24,398 nucleotides of DNA from NCBI GenBank assembly GCA_964418195.1, contig CAYQKJ010000001.1:1-24398 (forward strand), read 5' to 3'. Shown here one piece after another: positions 7,485-15,351 of this stretch (position 1 is the stretch's first letter; each line of letters starts with the position of its first letter). The notes under the pieces are model-generated. The model was not told the origin of the DNA. It did no database searches and was given only the letters and a program-made list of their open reading frames with translations. A program made the translations under genes and the position numbers. This DNA comes from an uncultured Methanosarcinales archaeon. GTDB lineage: Archaea; Nanobdellota; Nanobdellia; Woesearchaeales; 0-14-0-80-44-23.

Positions 7485-7557
7485 GCCCTGGTAGCATAGT
7501 AGCTAATGCGTCGCTCTCGTAAAGCGAAGACCGAGGGTGCAACTCCCTCCCGGGGCT
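7485..7557 (+). tRNA. trnT: tRNA-Thr(CGT), intronless, CCA not encoded
   Basis: Full cloverleaf: acceptor GCCCTGG/CCGGGGC, D stem GCAT/ATGC, anticodon stem TCGCT/AGCGA with loop CTCGTAA, T stem GAGGG/CCCTC, discriminator U73. Confidence 0.93.
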
Positions 7558-7808
7558 GTTTCTTAATAAGTTTTTTAATTACTTTCTCGGTTCATTATGT
7601 AATAATGCTTAATGGCAAATATCTTAATGAATATCTTAACGCTGTTTTGTTGTGTTGATATTGTGTCAATCTTAATTTTTAGATAAATCAGGAAAAAAAG
7701 CAACATAAAATATTATATAAGATATACATCATATGATATATTATTAAATAGTTCTTTGCTTATGATTATTTTGTAGCATAATGTTCTTCTTGTTTAAAAA
7801 TCGAAAAA

Positions 7809-7829
7809 TTCCATGGGAAACATCGGGGT
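7809..7829 (+). promoter_or_regulatory. ORB-like Orc1/Cdc6 box with G-string (TTCCATGGGAAACATCGGGGT)
   Basis: Fits the archaeal ORB pattern TTCCA-N3-GAAAC followed by a G run. Confidence 0.65.
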
Positions 7830-7891
7830 GTTGTTTTTTAAAATGGCTGAAAATGGCTTAATTAGCGCTTTAAAGCGATTTTAGCCAAATG

Positions 7892-7912
7892 TTCCATAAG
7901 AAATTATGGGGG
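7892..7912 (+). promoter_or_regulatory. ORB-like box with G-string (TTCCATAAGAAATTATGGGGG)
   Basis: Same pattern as 7809, and 17/18 identical to the minus-strand box at 15510-15527. Confidence 0.68.
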
Positions 7913-7945
7913 CGCGCCTCTTGTAAAATATAGTTTTCTAAAAAA

Positions 7946-7975
7946 TTATTTATAAACATAAGAGTTTATAAATAA
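7946..7975. promoter_or_regulatory. Perfect 12-bp inverted repeat with a TTTATAAA TATA box in each arm, upstream of tbp
   Basis: TTATTTATAAAC-ataaga-GTTTATAAATAA read directly from the sequence. Confidence 0.6.
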
Positions 7976-8047
7976 GTTTGCTCTAACTTCTTTAAAAAGG
8001 AGTTTAAAAAGAAAGTTGATTATTTTAAAAACAAATGGAGGATTAAA

Positions 8048-8602
8048 ATGGAAAAACGCGATATAAAAGTTGTTAATATTGTGGTGAGCAGTTCTTTGAA
8101 GCATGAAATCCCGCTTGAAAAAATGGCTGCAACCTTGAGCAACACTGAATACAATCCAGAGCAGTTCCCTGGTTTGGTCATAAGGATAAAGGATCCTAAG
8201 ACATCTGCACTGATTTTCAGCTCTGGAAACATAGTGTGCACTGGCGCGAGATCAATGGACAAAGTTGATGAGTCAATAAAAAAGATAATAAAGAGTTTGG
8301 AAAAAATTGGAATCAAGATAACCATAAAACCAGAGGTAACAATCCAAAACATAGTTGCTTCAGGCAGTATAGGTGTTGACTTAAACCTGAATGAACTTGC
8401 AATGAAACTGAAAAACACCGAATACGAGCCTGAGCAGTTCCCGGGCTTGGTTTACAAGCTTCCTGAAGCAAAGGCAACCTTCCTCTTGTTCAGCAATGGA
8501 AAGATAGTGTGCACAGGCACAAAATCTGAAGAAGAGGTAAACAAGGCATTAGACAAGCTGATAGAAAATCTGAAAGCAGTTATGAAGCAGAAGAAAAAAT
8601 AA
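8048..8602 (+). CDS. tbp: TATA-box-binding protein
   Basis: Two TBP repeats (EYNPEQFPGLVIRI...LIFSSGNIVCTGA and EYEPEQFPGLVYKL...LLFSNGKIVCTGT), GGAGGA RBS. Confidence 0.98.
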   Translation: MEKRDIKVVNIVVSSSLKHEIPLEKMAATLSNTEYNPEQFPGLVIRIKDPKTSALIFSSGNIVCTGARSMDKVDESIKKIIKSLEKIGIKITIKPEVTIQNIVASGSIGVDLNLNELAMKLKNTEYEPEQFPGLVYKLPEAKATFLLFSNGKIVCTGTKSEEEVNKALDKLIENLKAVMKQKKK

Positions 8603-8848
8603 ACGAAAATAAACTTCAATCACACTAATTTTTATTGCTTTATTAAATCCATTTTATTCGGGTGTCAGCATCAGATAACCTTTGCAATCAGATGCTTTTC
8701 GTTAAACTATTTTCAAAAAAAACTAATATCAAAAGCAATCTCAAAGCTAGAAAGACGAAAATATAAGCATTGGACATGTTATCAGACAAGATTTAAGTTT
8801 TTGAATTAGTTTTTCAGATTAGCAATTCGTCATAAAAAGAGGGAAAAA

Positions 8849-10885
8849 ATGGAGGCCTCGGAGCAAGTAAAGAAATGGATGGAATTCTTGGAAAGGTCTT
8901 ACCAGACCCAAATATTTGAGGCAAACAGGCAGGGTAAAAAATCAATCACTATCGATTTTTCAGAACTTGCAAAGTTCAGCCCAGAGCTGGCAGAAGACCT
9001 TCTTGAGCAGCCAGAAGACACGTTAAAGGCAGGCGAAATTGCAATTGAGCAGTTTGAGACCTTCAACAAAGAAGCTAAGCTCAGGATAAGGCTGGAAAAC
9101 ATTCCTGAATCTCAGCGCATAATGATTAGAAACGTAAGAAGTGAACATCTCAACAAGCTATTGGTAATAGATGGGCTTGTAAGGCAGAAATCTGATGTTA
9201 GGCCTCAAATAACAGCTGCAAAGTTTGAGTGCCCCAGTTGCGGAAATATAATTTCTGTATTTCAAAGCGGAATTTCATTTAAAGAACCTACAAGGTGCAG
9301 CTGCGGCAGACAGGGAAAATTCAAGCTTGTAAGCAAAGAACTGATTGATGCACAGGGGATTGTGTTAGAAGAGATTACTGAACAGCTGGAAGGCGGGGAA
9401 CAGCCTAAAAGGATAAATGTGCTTTTGAAAGATGAACTTGTAAGCCCGTTTACAGAGAAGAGAACAAATGCAGGCAGCAAGATAGAAATTATCGGCTGGG
9501 TAAGGGAAATTCCGATAATACTGAGGTCAGGCAAGCGCTCATTAAAGTTTGATTATGTAATTGAAGCCAATAATGTGTTCTCAAAAGAGGGCACATTTTT
9601 TGAGATGGAAATAAATAAGGAAGATGAAAATCAGATAATTGAACTTTCAAAGGACCCTAAGATATATGAAAAACTTGTTGCTTCTATTGCACCATCAATT
9701 TTCGGCTTTAATGAAGTCAAGGAAGCTTTACTGCTACAGTTGTTCAGTGGGGTGCAAAAAACAAGAAAGGATGGTACAATCTCTAGAGGAGATATCCACG
9801 TGCTGCTGGTCGGAGATCCTGGTTCTGGAAAATCACAAATACTGAAAAGGATAACTATTGTTGCTCCAAAAGGAAGATATATCTCAGGAAAAGGCGTAAG
9901 CGGCGCAGGTGTAACTGCATCTGTTGTAAAAGATGAATTTTTAGGAGGGTGGAGTTTAGAAGCAGGCGCTCTTGTTTTAGCCAATAAGGGAATATGTTGC
10001 ATAGATGAGCTGGACAAGATGAGTCCAGAGGACAGAAGCGCAATGCATGAAGCATTAGAACAGCAGACAGTCTCAATATCAAAAGCAACAATACAAGCCA
10101 CGCTAATGGCAGTAACAACTGTATTAGCAGCAGCAAATCCCAAATTCGGAAGATTTGACCCTTATGAAACAATGGTTGCAAAGCAAATAGACCTTCCTCC
10201 TACACTAATAAACAGGTTTGATCTTATATTTGCAATAAAAGATTTACCTGATAGGAAAAAAGATGAAAAAATGGCCAGGCACATACTTAGCCTGCATCAG
10301 AATCCAGATATGGATCTTGAAATAATACCCACACCTTTGCTCAGAAAATATATGGCATATGCTAAACAAAAATATGATAAACAGAAAATGAAGCCTGAGC
10401 TTACAGAAGCTGCTCTTGACGAGATAAGAAAGTATTATGTGGAATTGCGCTCAGCAGAAGTAGGCGGAGAGGAAGTCAGGAGCATCCCGATCTCTCCAAG
10501 GCAGTTGGATGCTTTGGTTAGAATGGCAGAAGCCTCTGCAAAAATCAGACTTTCGGAAAAGGTCACTAAGAAAGATGCAAGAAGGGCAATAGATCTTTTG
10601 CATTACAGTTTATTACAGGTTGCAAGAGACAAGGAAACAGGAAAAATTGACATAGACATAATATCAACAGGAGTGGCTGCAACAGAAAGAGAAAAAATAA
10701 CAAGGCTAAAGGAGATAATAGAAACACTTGAAGAAAAAGTCGGAAAGACAATACCTATTGAGCAAATACTAAATGCAGCCAGAGAGCAGCAGATAAGTGA
10801 GCCAGAAACAGAAGAAATGATTGAAAAGCTGAAGCGCTCGGGAGATATTTTTGAACCGAAGCACGGCTTCATACAAAAACTCTAA
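8849..10885 (+). CDS. mcm: MCM replicative helicase
   Basis: Zn finger CPSC...CSC, Walker A GDPGSGKSQ, Walker B CCIDELDKM, AAANP motif, Arg finger NRFD, C-terminal winged helix, no intein. Confidence 0.98.
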   Translation: MEASEQVKKWMEFLERSYQTQIFEANRQGKKSITIDFSELAKFSPELAEDLLEQPEDTLKAGEIAIEQFETFNKEAKLRIRLENIPESQRIMIRNVRSEHLNKLLVIDGLVRQKSDVRPQITAAKFECPSCGNIISVFQSGISFKEPTRCSCGRQGKFKLVSKELIDAQGIVLEEITEQLEGGEQPKRINVLLKDELVSPFTEKRTNAGSKIEIIGWVREIPIILRSGKRSLKFDYVIEANNVFSKEGTFFEMEINKEDENQIIELSKDPKIYEKLVASIAPSIFGFNEVKEALLLQLFSGVQKTRKDGTISRGDIHVLLVGDPGSGKSQILKRITIVAPKGRYISGKGVSGAGVTASVVKDEFLGGWSLEAGALVLANKGICCIDELDKMSPEDRSAMHEALEQQTVSISKATIQATLMAVTTVLAAANPKFGRFDPYETMVAKQIDLPPTLINRFDLIFAIKDLPDRKKDEKMARHILSLHQNPDMDLEIIPTPLLRKYMAYAKQKYDKQKMKPELTEAALDEIRKYYVELRSAEVGGEEVRSIPISPRQLDALVRMAEASAKIRLSEKVTKKDARRAIDLLHYSLLQVARDKETGKIDIDIISTGVAATEREKITRLKEIIETLEEKVGKTIPIEQILNAAREQQISEPETEEMIEKLKRSGDIFEPKHGFIQKL

Positions 10886-10992
10886 AGATTCGTTTGATTC
10901 ATTTTACATTTTCTCACAAAAATAAGAAGGGTGGATGCAAATAAGTTTAAGGAAATAAATGTGAAAATAAACAATTAATCGGGAGGTCAGAG

Positions 10993-11739
10993 ATGCCCCA
11001 ATTGCAAAATACGGAAAATTCTGAATCAAGTAAAAAAGCAGGAAACTTTATCCCAAATAAAAGACAGACTGCTTACAAAATAAAAATCAATACTCTACTT
11101 GAAGAAAAATATGTAAAGACAGATGGTTGGAACCCGAACTTCATAATTATGAATGGCATTGAGATTTCAAGAGTGAATGTTATAGGTGCTGTAATCTCGA
11201 ATGAGCTTGAGACCTTTGGGAGTGTTGCGTACAGGAATGTTATGATAGATGATGGCACAGGCAAGATAAGCCTGAGAAATTTTGAAAATCCTGAAGCGCT
11301 TTCCGGAATAGAAGTTGCTGATGTTGTGCTGGTCATAGGAAAGCTTAGAGAATATGGTTCTGAAAGATACATACTTTCTGAGATTGTAAAGAAGATAGAA
11401 GATAAAAGATGGATTGAGCAGAGAAATCTGGAAATAGAGTTACTCTTGAGAAAAATCAAAAGGAAAATGCCTGCAAAAGAGAATGAAGAAGCTGTTGTGA
11501 CAGAGGAAGTTGTTGAAAAAGCTGAGAATTTCATAGCAAAAGATGCAGAAATAAAAAATAATTCGCACTCTGTTTATGAGCTAGTTAAGGATTTAGACAA
11601 GGGAGACGGCGCAGACTACGAGGAAGTTCTGAAAAAAGCTAACTTCAATCACATAAAAAATGCAGAAAATGTCATAAGAAAGCTTTTGGAATCAGGAGAA
11701 ATCTTTGAGATAAGAGCTGGAAGGCTGAAAGTGATTTGA
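10993..11739 (+). CDS. RPA32-like OB-fold single-stranded DNA-binding protein with a C-terminal winged helix
   Basis: SRVNVIGAV and IDDGTGKI OB-fold motifs, an acidic linker, and a C-terminal wH ending LLESGEIFEIRAGRLKVI. GGAGG RBS. Confidence 0.8.
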   Translation: MPQLQNTENSESSKKAGNFIPNKRQTAYKIKINTLLEEKYVKTDGWNPNFIIMNGIEISRVNVIGAVISNELETFGSVAYRNVMIDDGTGKISLRNFENPEALSGIEVADVVLVIGKLREYGSERYILSEIVKKIEDKRWIEQRNLEIELLLRKIKRKMPAKENEEAVVTEEVVEKAENFIAKDAEIKNNSHSVYELVKDLDKGDGADYEEVLKKANFNHIKNAENVIRKLLESGEIFEIRAGRLKVI

Positions 11740-11768
11740 TAAATGTGATAAATCTCTTTACTTTTTTA

Positions 11769-11808
11769 TCTGTAGAAATTTATTGCTCTAATAAAAATCT
11801 TCTACAGA
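11769..11808. terminator. Hairpin between the convergent RPA-like and R15P isomerase genes
   Basis: TCTGTAGAA/TTCTACAGA outer stem plus TTTATT/AATAAA inner stem, preceded by a T-run. Confidence 0.4.
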
Positions 11809-11882
11809 ATTATAATCCTACCATCCTTCAATATGAGGAATAAGTATTAGCTCAGGCATATGAAAACTTACCTTTCCTGAAA

Positions 11883-12788
11883 TTATATAAAAAGCCAAGG
11901 ATATGTGCTTCTGACTTCTTGAACAAAAACATCAGCCCTGTATATGCCGATTTCAGAAATTATTCCTGTAATATTTTCAGGATTTACCTTCTCAAAAGCA
12001 TAGTTATTGATTCTAACCCCTTTAGGCGGCTTTTCCCAAATCTCTTCCTGACCGCGCATCTCCATGTTTTTCTCATAGCCGAAGATGCTTTCGACATCAA
12101 ATTTCCAAGAATCAGTGCATGCATAAAACGGAATCTCGAACTTGTTGGCAACTTCTGCGAAGAGTTCAGAGCCGATTTTGTTCACAACCTTCCCTTCTGA
12201 AGTTATGGCATCTGCTCCTATAAGCACAACATCTGCCTTCTTAAGCGCATAGCGCGCAGCAGAATCAATAAAAAGAGTTACGGGAATCCCGATTGAAGCG
12301 ACCTCTGCAGCAGTCGCCCTCCCTTGGAACCTTGGCCTAGTTTCAGTGTTGTAAACCTCAAAATGCTTTTTCTGCTTTTTTGCCTCTCTCAAAATTTCCA
12401 TAATAGTTGAAGAGTGGCAGTGCGTAAACACAACACTTCCATTCCTTATCTTTTGGGAAGCTATATGCGCAATTATTTCCTGTGCAGAATCGAAATGATT
12501 TAGTGCAGAGTCAATCCTTTCAACAATGCTTCTTGTGAGCTCGACAACGGAATCTGAATTAATATTCATAAAAACAAACTTTAATGCATTAAACATGCAT
12601 GGCTCAGTGGGCCTTGCAACAGCTAGCTTTCTCCTTGCTTCGAGCAACTCATTATAGAATACACCCGGAGTTTTTGCATCTGAATGCTTTATTGTCTCTT
12701 TTAATGCATTCAGAGCAAACTTTGCAATCACCTCTGCGCCCTGAATCTTCATATCCTTTATTTGCTTAACGTAATCATTAATTATCAT
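11883..12788 (-). CDS. e2b2: Ribose-1,5-bisphosphate isomerase (eIF-2B alpha/beta/delta family)
   Basis: IKDMKIQGA, RPTEP, THCHSST (catalytic Cys), ETRPRFQG, GADAI (catalytic Asp) and NKIGS. ATG 12788 preferred over TTG 12800. Confidence 0.88.
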   Translation of the reverse strand: MIINDYVKQIKDMKIQGAEVIAKFALNALKETIKHSDAKTPGVFYNELLEARRKLAVARPTEPCMFNALKFVFMNINSDSVVELTRSIVERIDSALNHFDSAQEIIAHIASQKIRNGSVVFTHCHSSTIMEILREAKKQKKHFEVYNTETRPRFQGRATAAEVASIGIPVTLFIDSAARYALKKADVVLIGADAITSEGKVVNKIGSELFAEVANKFEIPFYACTDSWKFDVESIFGYEKNMEMRGQEEIWEKPPKGVRINNYAFEKVNPENITGIISEIGIYRADVFVQEVRSTYPWLFI

Positions 12789-12814
12789 TTTTATTACCAA
12801 AAACTTGGCTTGCT

Positions 12815-12836
12815 AAAATATTTTATAAAATATTTT
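12815..12836. promoter_or_regulatory. Perfect 22-bp palindrome overlapping the probable TATA box of the R15P isomerase gene
   Basis: AAAATATTTTATAAAATATTTT is its own reverse complement and contains TTTTATAA. Confidence 0.5.
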
Positions 12837-12880
12837 GCTTTACAGATAATTAAGAAAACACTAAAAAAGAAATTTATGCC

Positions 12881-13114
12881 TTATTTTCTTGCAATTTTCT
12901 TCTCAATTTTTCTCTCTGCCTTTTCTATCTTTGCTTCTTCGTGCTCTAACTTTGTCTCTTCAGCAGCAAGCTTGTCTGTTAAGCGCATAATGTTAAAATC
13001 TATTCTTGCAATTCTTCGCTCAAGCAACACAAGAATTCTTAAACTGTATACTATAGCAAAAAGGGTTCCTATTATAATTGCCAAAGTTACATATAAAACA
13101 TTATCTAAAGCCAT
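12881..13114 (-). CDS. 77-aa single-TM plus coiled-coil hypothetical protein
   Basis: GGAGGTG RBS directly before the ATG at 13114 (MALDNVLY...), a hydrophobic helix and a charged heptad tail. Confidence 0.8.
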   Translation of the reverse strand: MALDNVLYVTLAIIIGTLFAIVYSLRILVLLERRIARIDFNIMRLTDKLAAEETKLEHEEAKIEKAERKIEKKIARK

Positions 13115-13194
13115 ACTATGCACCTCCTTTTTCTGCTAAAAAGAGAACACGCATATAAAAAGTTTTCTACATTCATCTGCATTCCTTTGCAGTT

Positions 13195-14142
13195 TTATTG
13201 TGAAGAGATGTAGGTTCCAAGACTCATATCAAAAACATATTTTGTGAGAGAAAAAACATTGTTTGATGCTATAACCCTTTTTTCCTCAACCAAAAAATTC
13301 AGAATCCTTTCTGTGTTTTCGCTCGGAAATTCTTTTAGAATCTCCTCGAGACACTTTTCTTTTTCTTTTTTAATAAAATCATAAATGGCTATTGCTTCCT
13401 CCTTTCCAGGAATTATGAAACAATCAGGGCAAACAGCAATGTAATAAACCGGCTGCTGCTTTGTCTTCTCCTTCTTTTCTACAACAACAGTGGGGTCATA
13501 GTAGCTTGCTGGCTTATACTGGCTAAATACCGGCTTATTGTCCTTGTCAAAAAAGTCATAATGCTGACTGCCTGTATCGTCGAAAAGCAGACGAATGGTG
13601 TGAGTGGCTGGTTTCTTGCACTGTCTAAAGGCGCCATTCGACTCCAAGATGTGCTTACAATACGCTTCATGAATCTCTATGATATCTGCTTTTGCAGTTA
13701 CGTATGGAACTGGCTCAAAAGGCTCTCCTCTGAAATTCTTGTCCAGCCCTGTGCCAACAACCACTCTTTTTTTGTTGCCCTCTCCTTTTTTCAGCTTTTC
13801 AAAAACATCTATGATTTTAACATCAAAGAAATTAACTTCGTCAAACACTACAACATCTATGAATTCCGGATTTTTTTCCACAACCTCAATTGCTTCTGCA
13901 GGATTTTCACTATCTATAGTTATTGCCTCGAAAACCACTTTTCCATCTGCGGTATTTGATATTATTTTGTCAGAAGGGGCTCTTTTGTCAATGTCCGGCT
14001 TAAAAACCAGCACCTTGCAGTCAGTATGATACTTTATGTTCTGCGCCCACCTTATGACCTCTTCTGTCTTGCCAGAGTTCATAGGGCCGATATGCATTAT
14101 GATTTTACCACGAGAATTATTAACGTCAAGAATAGATGCCAT
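13195..14142 (-). CDS. tdk: Thymidine kinase (type II, TK1-like) with insertions and a ~70-aa C-terminal extension
   Basis: GPMNSGKTEE P-loop, FKPDIDKR, DEVNFF, GLDKNFRGEPF, AVCPDCF. Confidence 0.92.
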   Translation of the reverse strand: MASILDVNNSRGKIIMHIGPMNSGKTEEVIRWAQNIKYHTDCKVLVFKPDIDKRAPSDKIISNTADGKVVFEAITIDSENPAEAIEVVEKNPEFIDVVVFDEVNFFDVKIIDVFEKLKKGEGNKKRVVVGTGLDKNFRGEPFEPVPYVTAKADIIEIHEAYCKHILESNGAFRQCKKPATHTIRLLFDDTGSQHYDFFDKDNKPVFSQYKPASYYDPTVVVEKKEKTKQQPVYYIAVCPDCFIIPGKEEAIAIYDFIKKEKEKCLEEILKEFPSENTERILNFLVEEKRVIASNNVFSLTKYVFDMSLGTYISSQ

Positions 14143-14333
14143 CACCCATCAAAAACGCCTATGGAGAACCACATTAATAAATATTATTGATTTTAAGGAT
14201 ATAGAACTGAGGACATTTGCTACTTAAAAATAGCAAAAATCGAAAGGTTTAAATAGTGGCTTGTTTTTCTCACTTTCAAATAGTTAAATGCTTTGTGTGT
14301 CTCTATTGCGGTGATAGGGGAGTTGATATTAAA

Positions 14334-15161
14334 ATGATTGTTCAGAAAAACTTTTTGATGAAACTAAAAGACTTTGGGCTCAACACATATGAGGCAAAAC
14401 TTTGGGTCGCACTGCTTTCAAGAGGCGTGTCAACTGCCGGCGAGCTTTCTGATATTGCAAATGTTCCAAGATCAAGAAGTTATGATGTTCTTGAATCATT
14501 AGAAAAAAAAGGATTTATTGTTATGAAATTGGGAAAACCAATAAAATACCTGGCTATACCGCCGGAAGAAGTGATAGAAAGGGTTAAGAAAAATATTATG
14601 GAAGATATGGAAGAGAGAACACAATTGCTGAGTGAGTTCAAAGCAAGTGAAGTTCTGACTGAATTAAATGCACTTTTCAAGGGCGGCATTGAATTGGTTG
14701 ATGTTACAGAAAAGTGCGGGGCAATAAAAGGAAGAGGACACATAGATAATCAGATTGAAAGCTTGGTTAAGAGTGCTGAAAAGAGGATAATTTTTCATAC
14801 GACTGCTTCTTCTTTAGTGAGAGATGCTCAAAAATTCTCGGATGTGTTTAAAAAACTAAAAGCAAGAGGTGTTAAAATAACTGTCGCTGCACCCAGAACA
14901 AAAGATAATTCAAGCATGTTGGATGCACTTTCAGAAGTTGCTGAAGTCAGAAATACTACGGATAAGGCAAGATTCGTCGTTGTGGATGGAAAGCAGCTGA
15001 TGTTCATGATGCTCGATGATAAAGAAGTACATCCGTCCTATGATACTGGAATCTGGGTGGATACAGGAATATTCGCAACTGTAATTGAAAAAATGTTTGA
15101 CTCCAGAACAAAAGAAATTAGTGCTGGTGAAATATCAGTGACAAGTTCGAAGAAAAAGTAA
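14334..15161 (+). CDS. TrmB-family transcriptional regulator or chromatin protein (HTH plus PLD-like domain)
   Basis: LKDFGLNTYEAK, AGELSDIANVPRSRSYDVLESLEKKG, ARFVVVDGKQL. ATG 14334 preferred, TTTAAATA at 14248-14255. Confidence 0.92.
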   Translation: MIVQKNFLMKLKDFGLNTYEAKLWVALLSRGVSTAGELSDIANVPRSRSYDVLESLEKKGFIVMKLGKPIKYLAIPPEEVIERVKKNIMEDMEERTQLLSEFKASEVLTELNALFKGGIELVDVTEKCGAIKGRGHIDNQIESLVKSAEKRIIFHTTASSLVRDAQKFSDVFKKLKARGVKITVAAPRTKDNSSMLDALSEVAEVRNTTDKARFVVVDGKQLMFMMLDDKEVHPSYDTGIWVDTGIFATVIEKMFDSRTKEISAGEISVTSSKKK

Positions 15162-15236
15162 TTTGCCGATGATTTTTCAAAACAATTTAGTGATGTAGCT
15201 GATAATCAGATTCTTTACATAAACACCATGAGAGAC

Positions 15237-15312
15237 ACAGTATGCATCAACAGGATGCATCAACAGTATGCATCAACAGGATGCATCAACAGTATGCATC
15301 AACAGGATGCAT
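15237..15312. repeat. Tandem array of six 13-bp units alternating ACAGTATGCATCA and ACAGGATGCATCA (26-bp higher-order period, last unit truncated)
   Basis: Read directly from the sequence. Each unit contains the palindrome ATGCAT. Confidence 0.97.
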
Positions 15313-15351
15313 ACAAAAAATCAAAAATCATAGTAGGCCTTCGTTAATTGT

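Noticed and set aside
1221-7557. Pilin-like cluster as an island integrated at tRNA-Thr
   Set aside because: No integrase or transposase, no duplicated tRNA 3' end seen in the window, the cluster lies 5' of the tRNA, and composition looks like the core genes
9631-10181. Long antisense ORFs within mcm (also those within DP1, DP2 and the RPA-like gene)
   Set aside because: Fully overlap highly conserved genes on the opposite strand and have no motifs of their own
11883-12800. Annotation as translation factor eIF-2B or methylthioribose-1-phosphate isomerase
   Set aside because: The HCHSST, IQGA and RPTEP motifs and the ~300-aa length fit ribose-1,5-bisphosphate isomerase better. The longer MtnA-type N-terminus is absent
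13561-14029. Plus-strand ORFs of 132 and 116 aa
   Set aside because: Antisense to the clearly recognisable thymidine kinase
15228-15347. 39-codon ORF running through the 13-bp repeat, and the repeat as a CRISPR array
   Set aside because: The 13-bp unit is not a multiple of three, there is no RBS, and the ORF is open only because the repeat lacks stops. There are no unique spacers or cas genes
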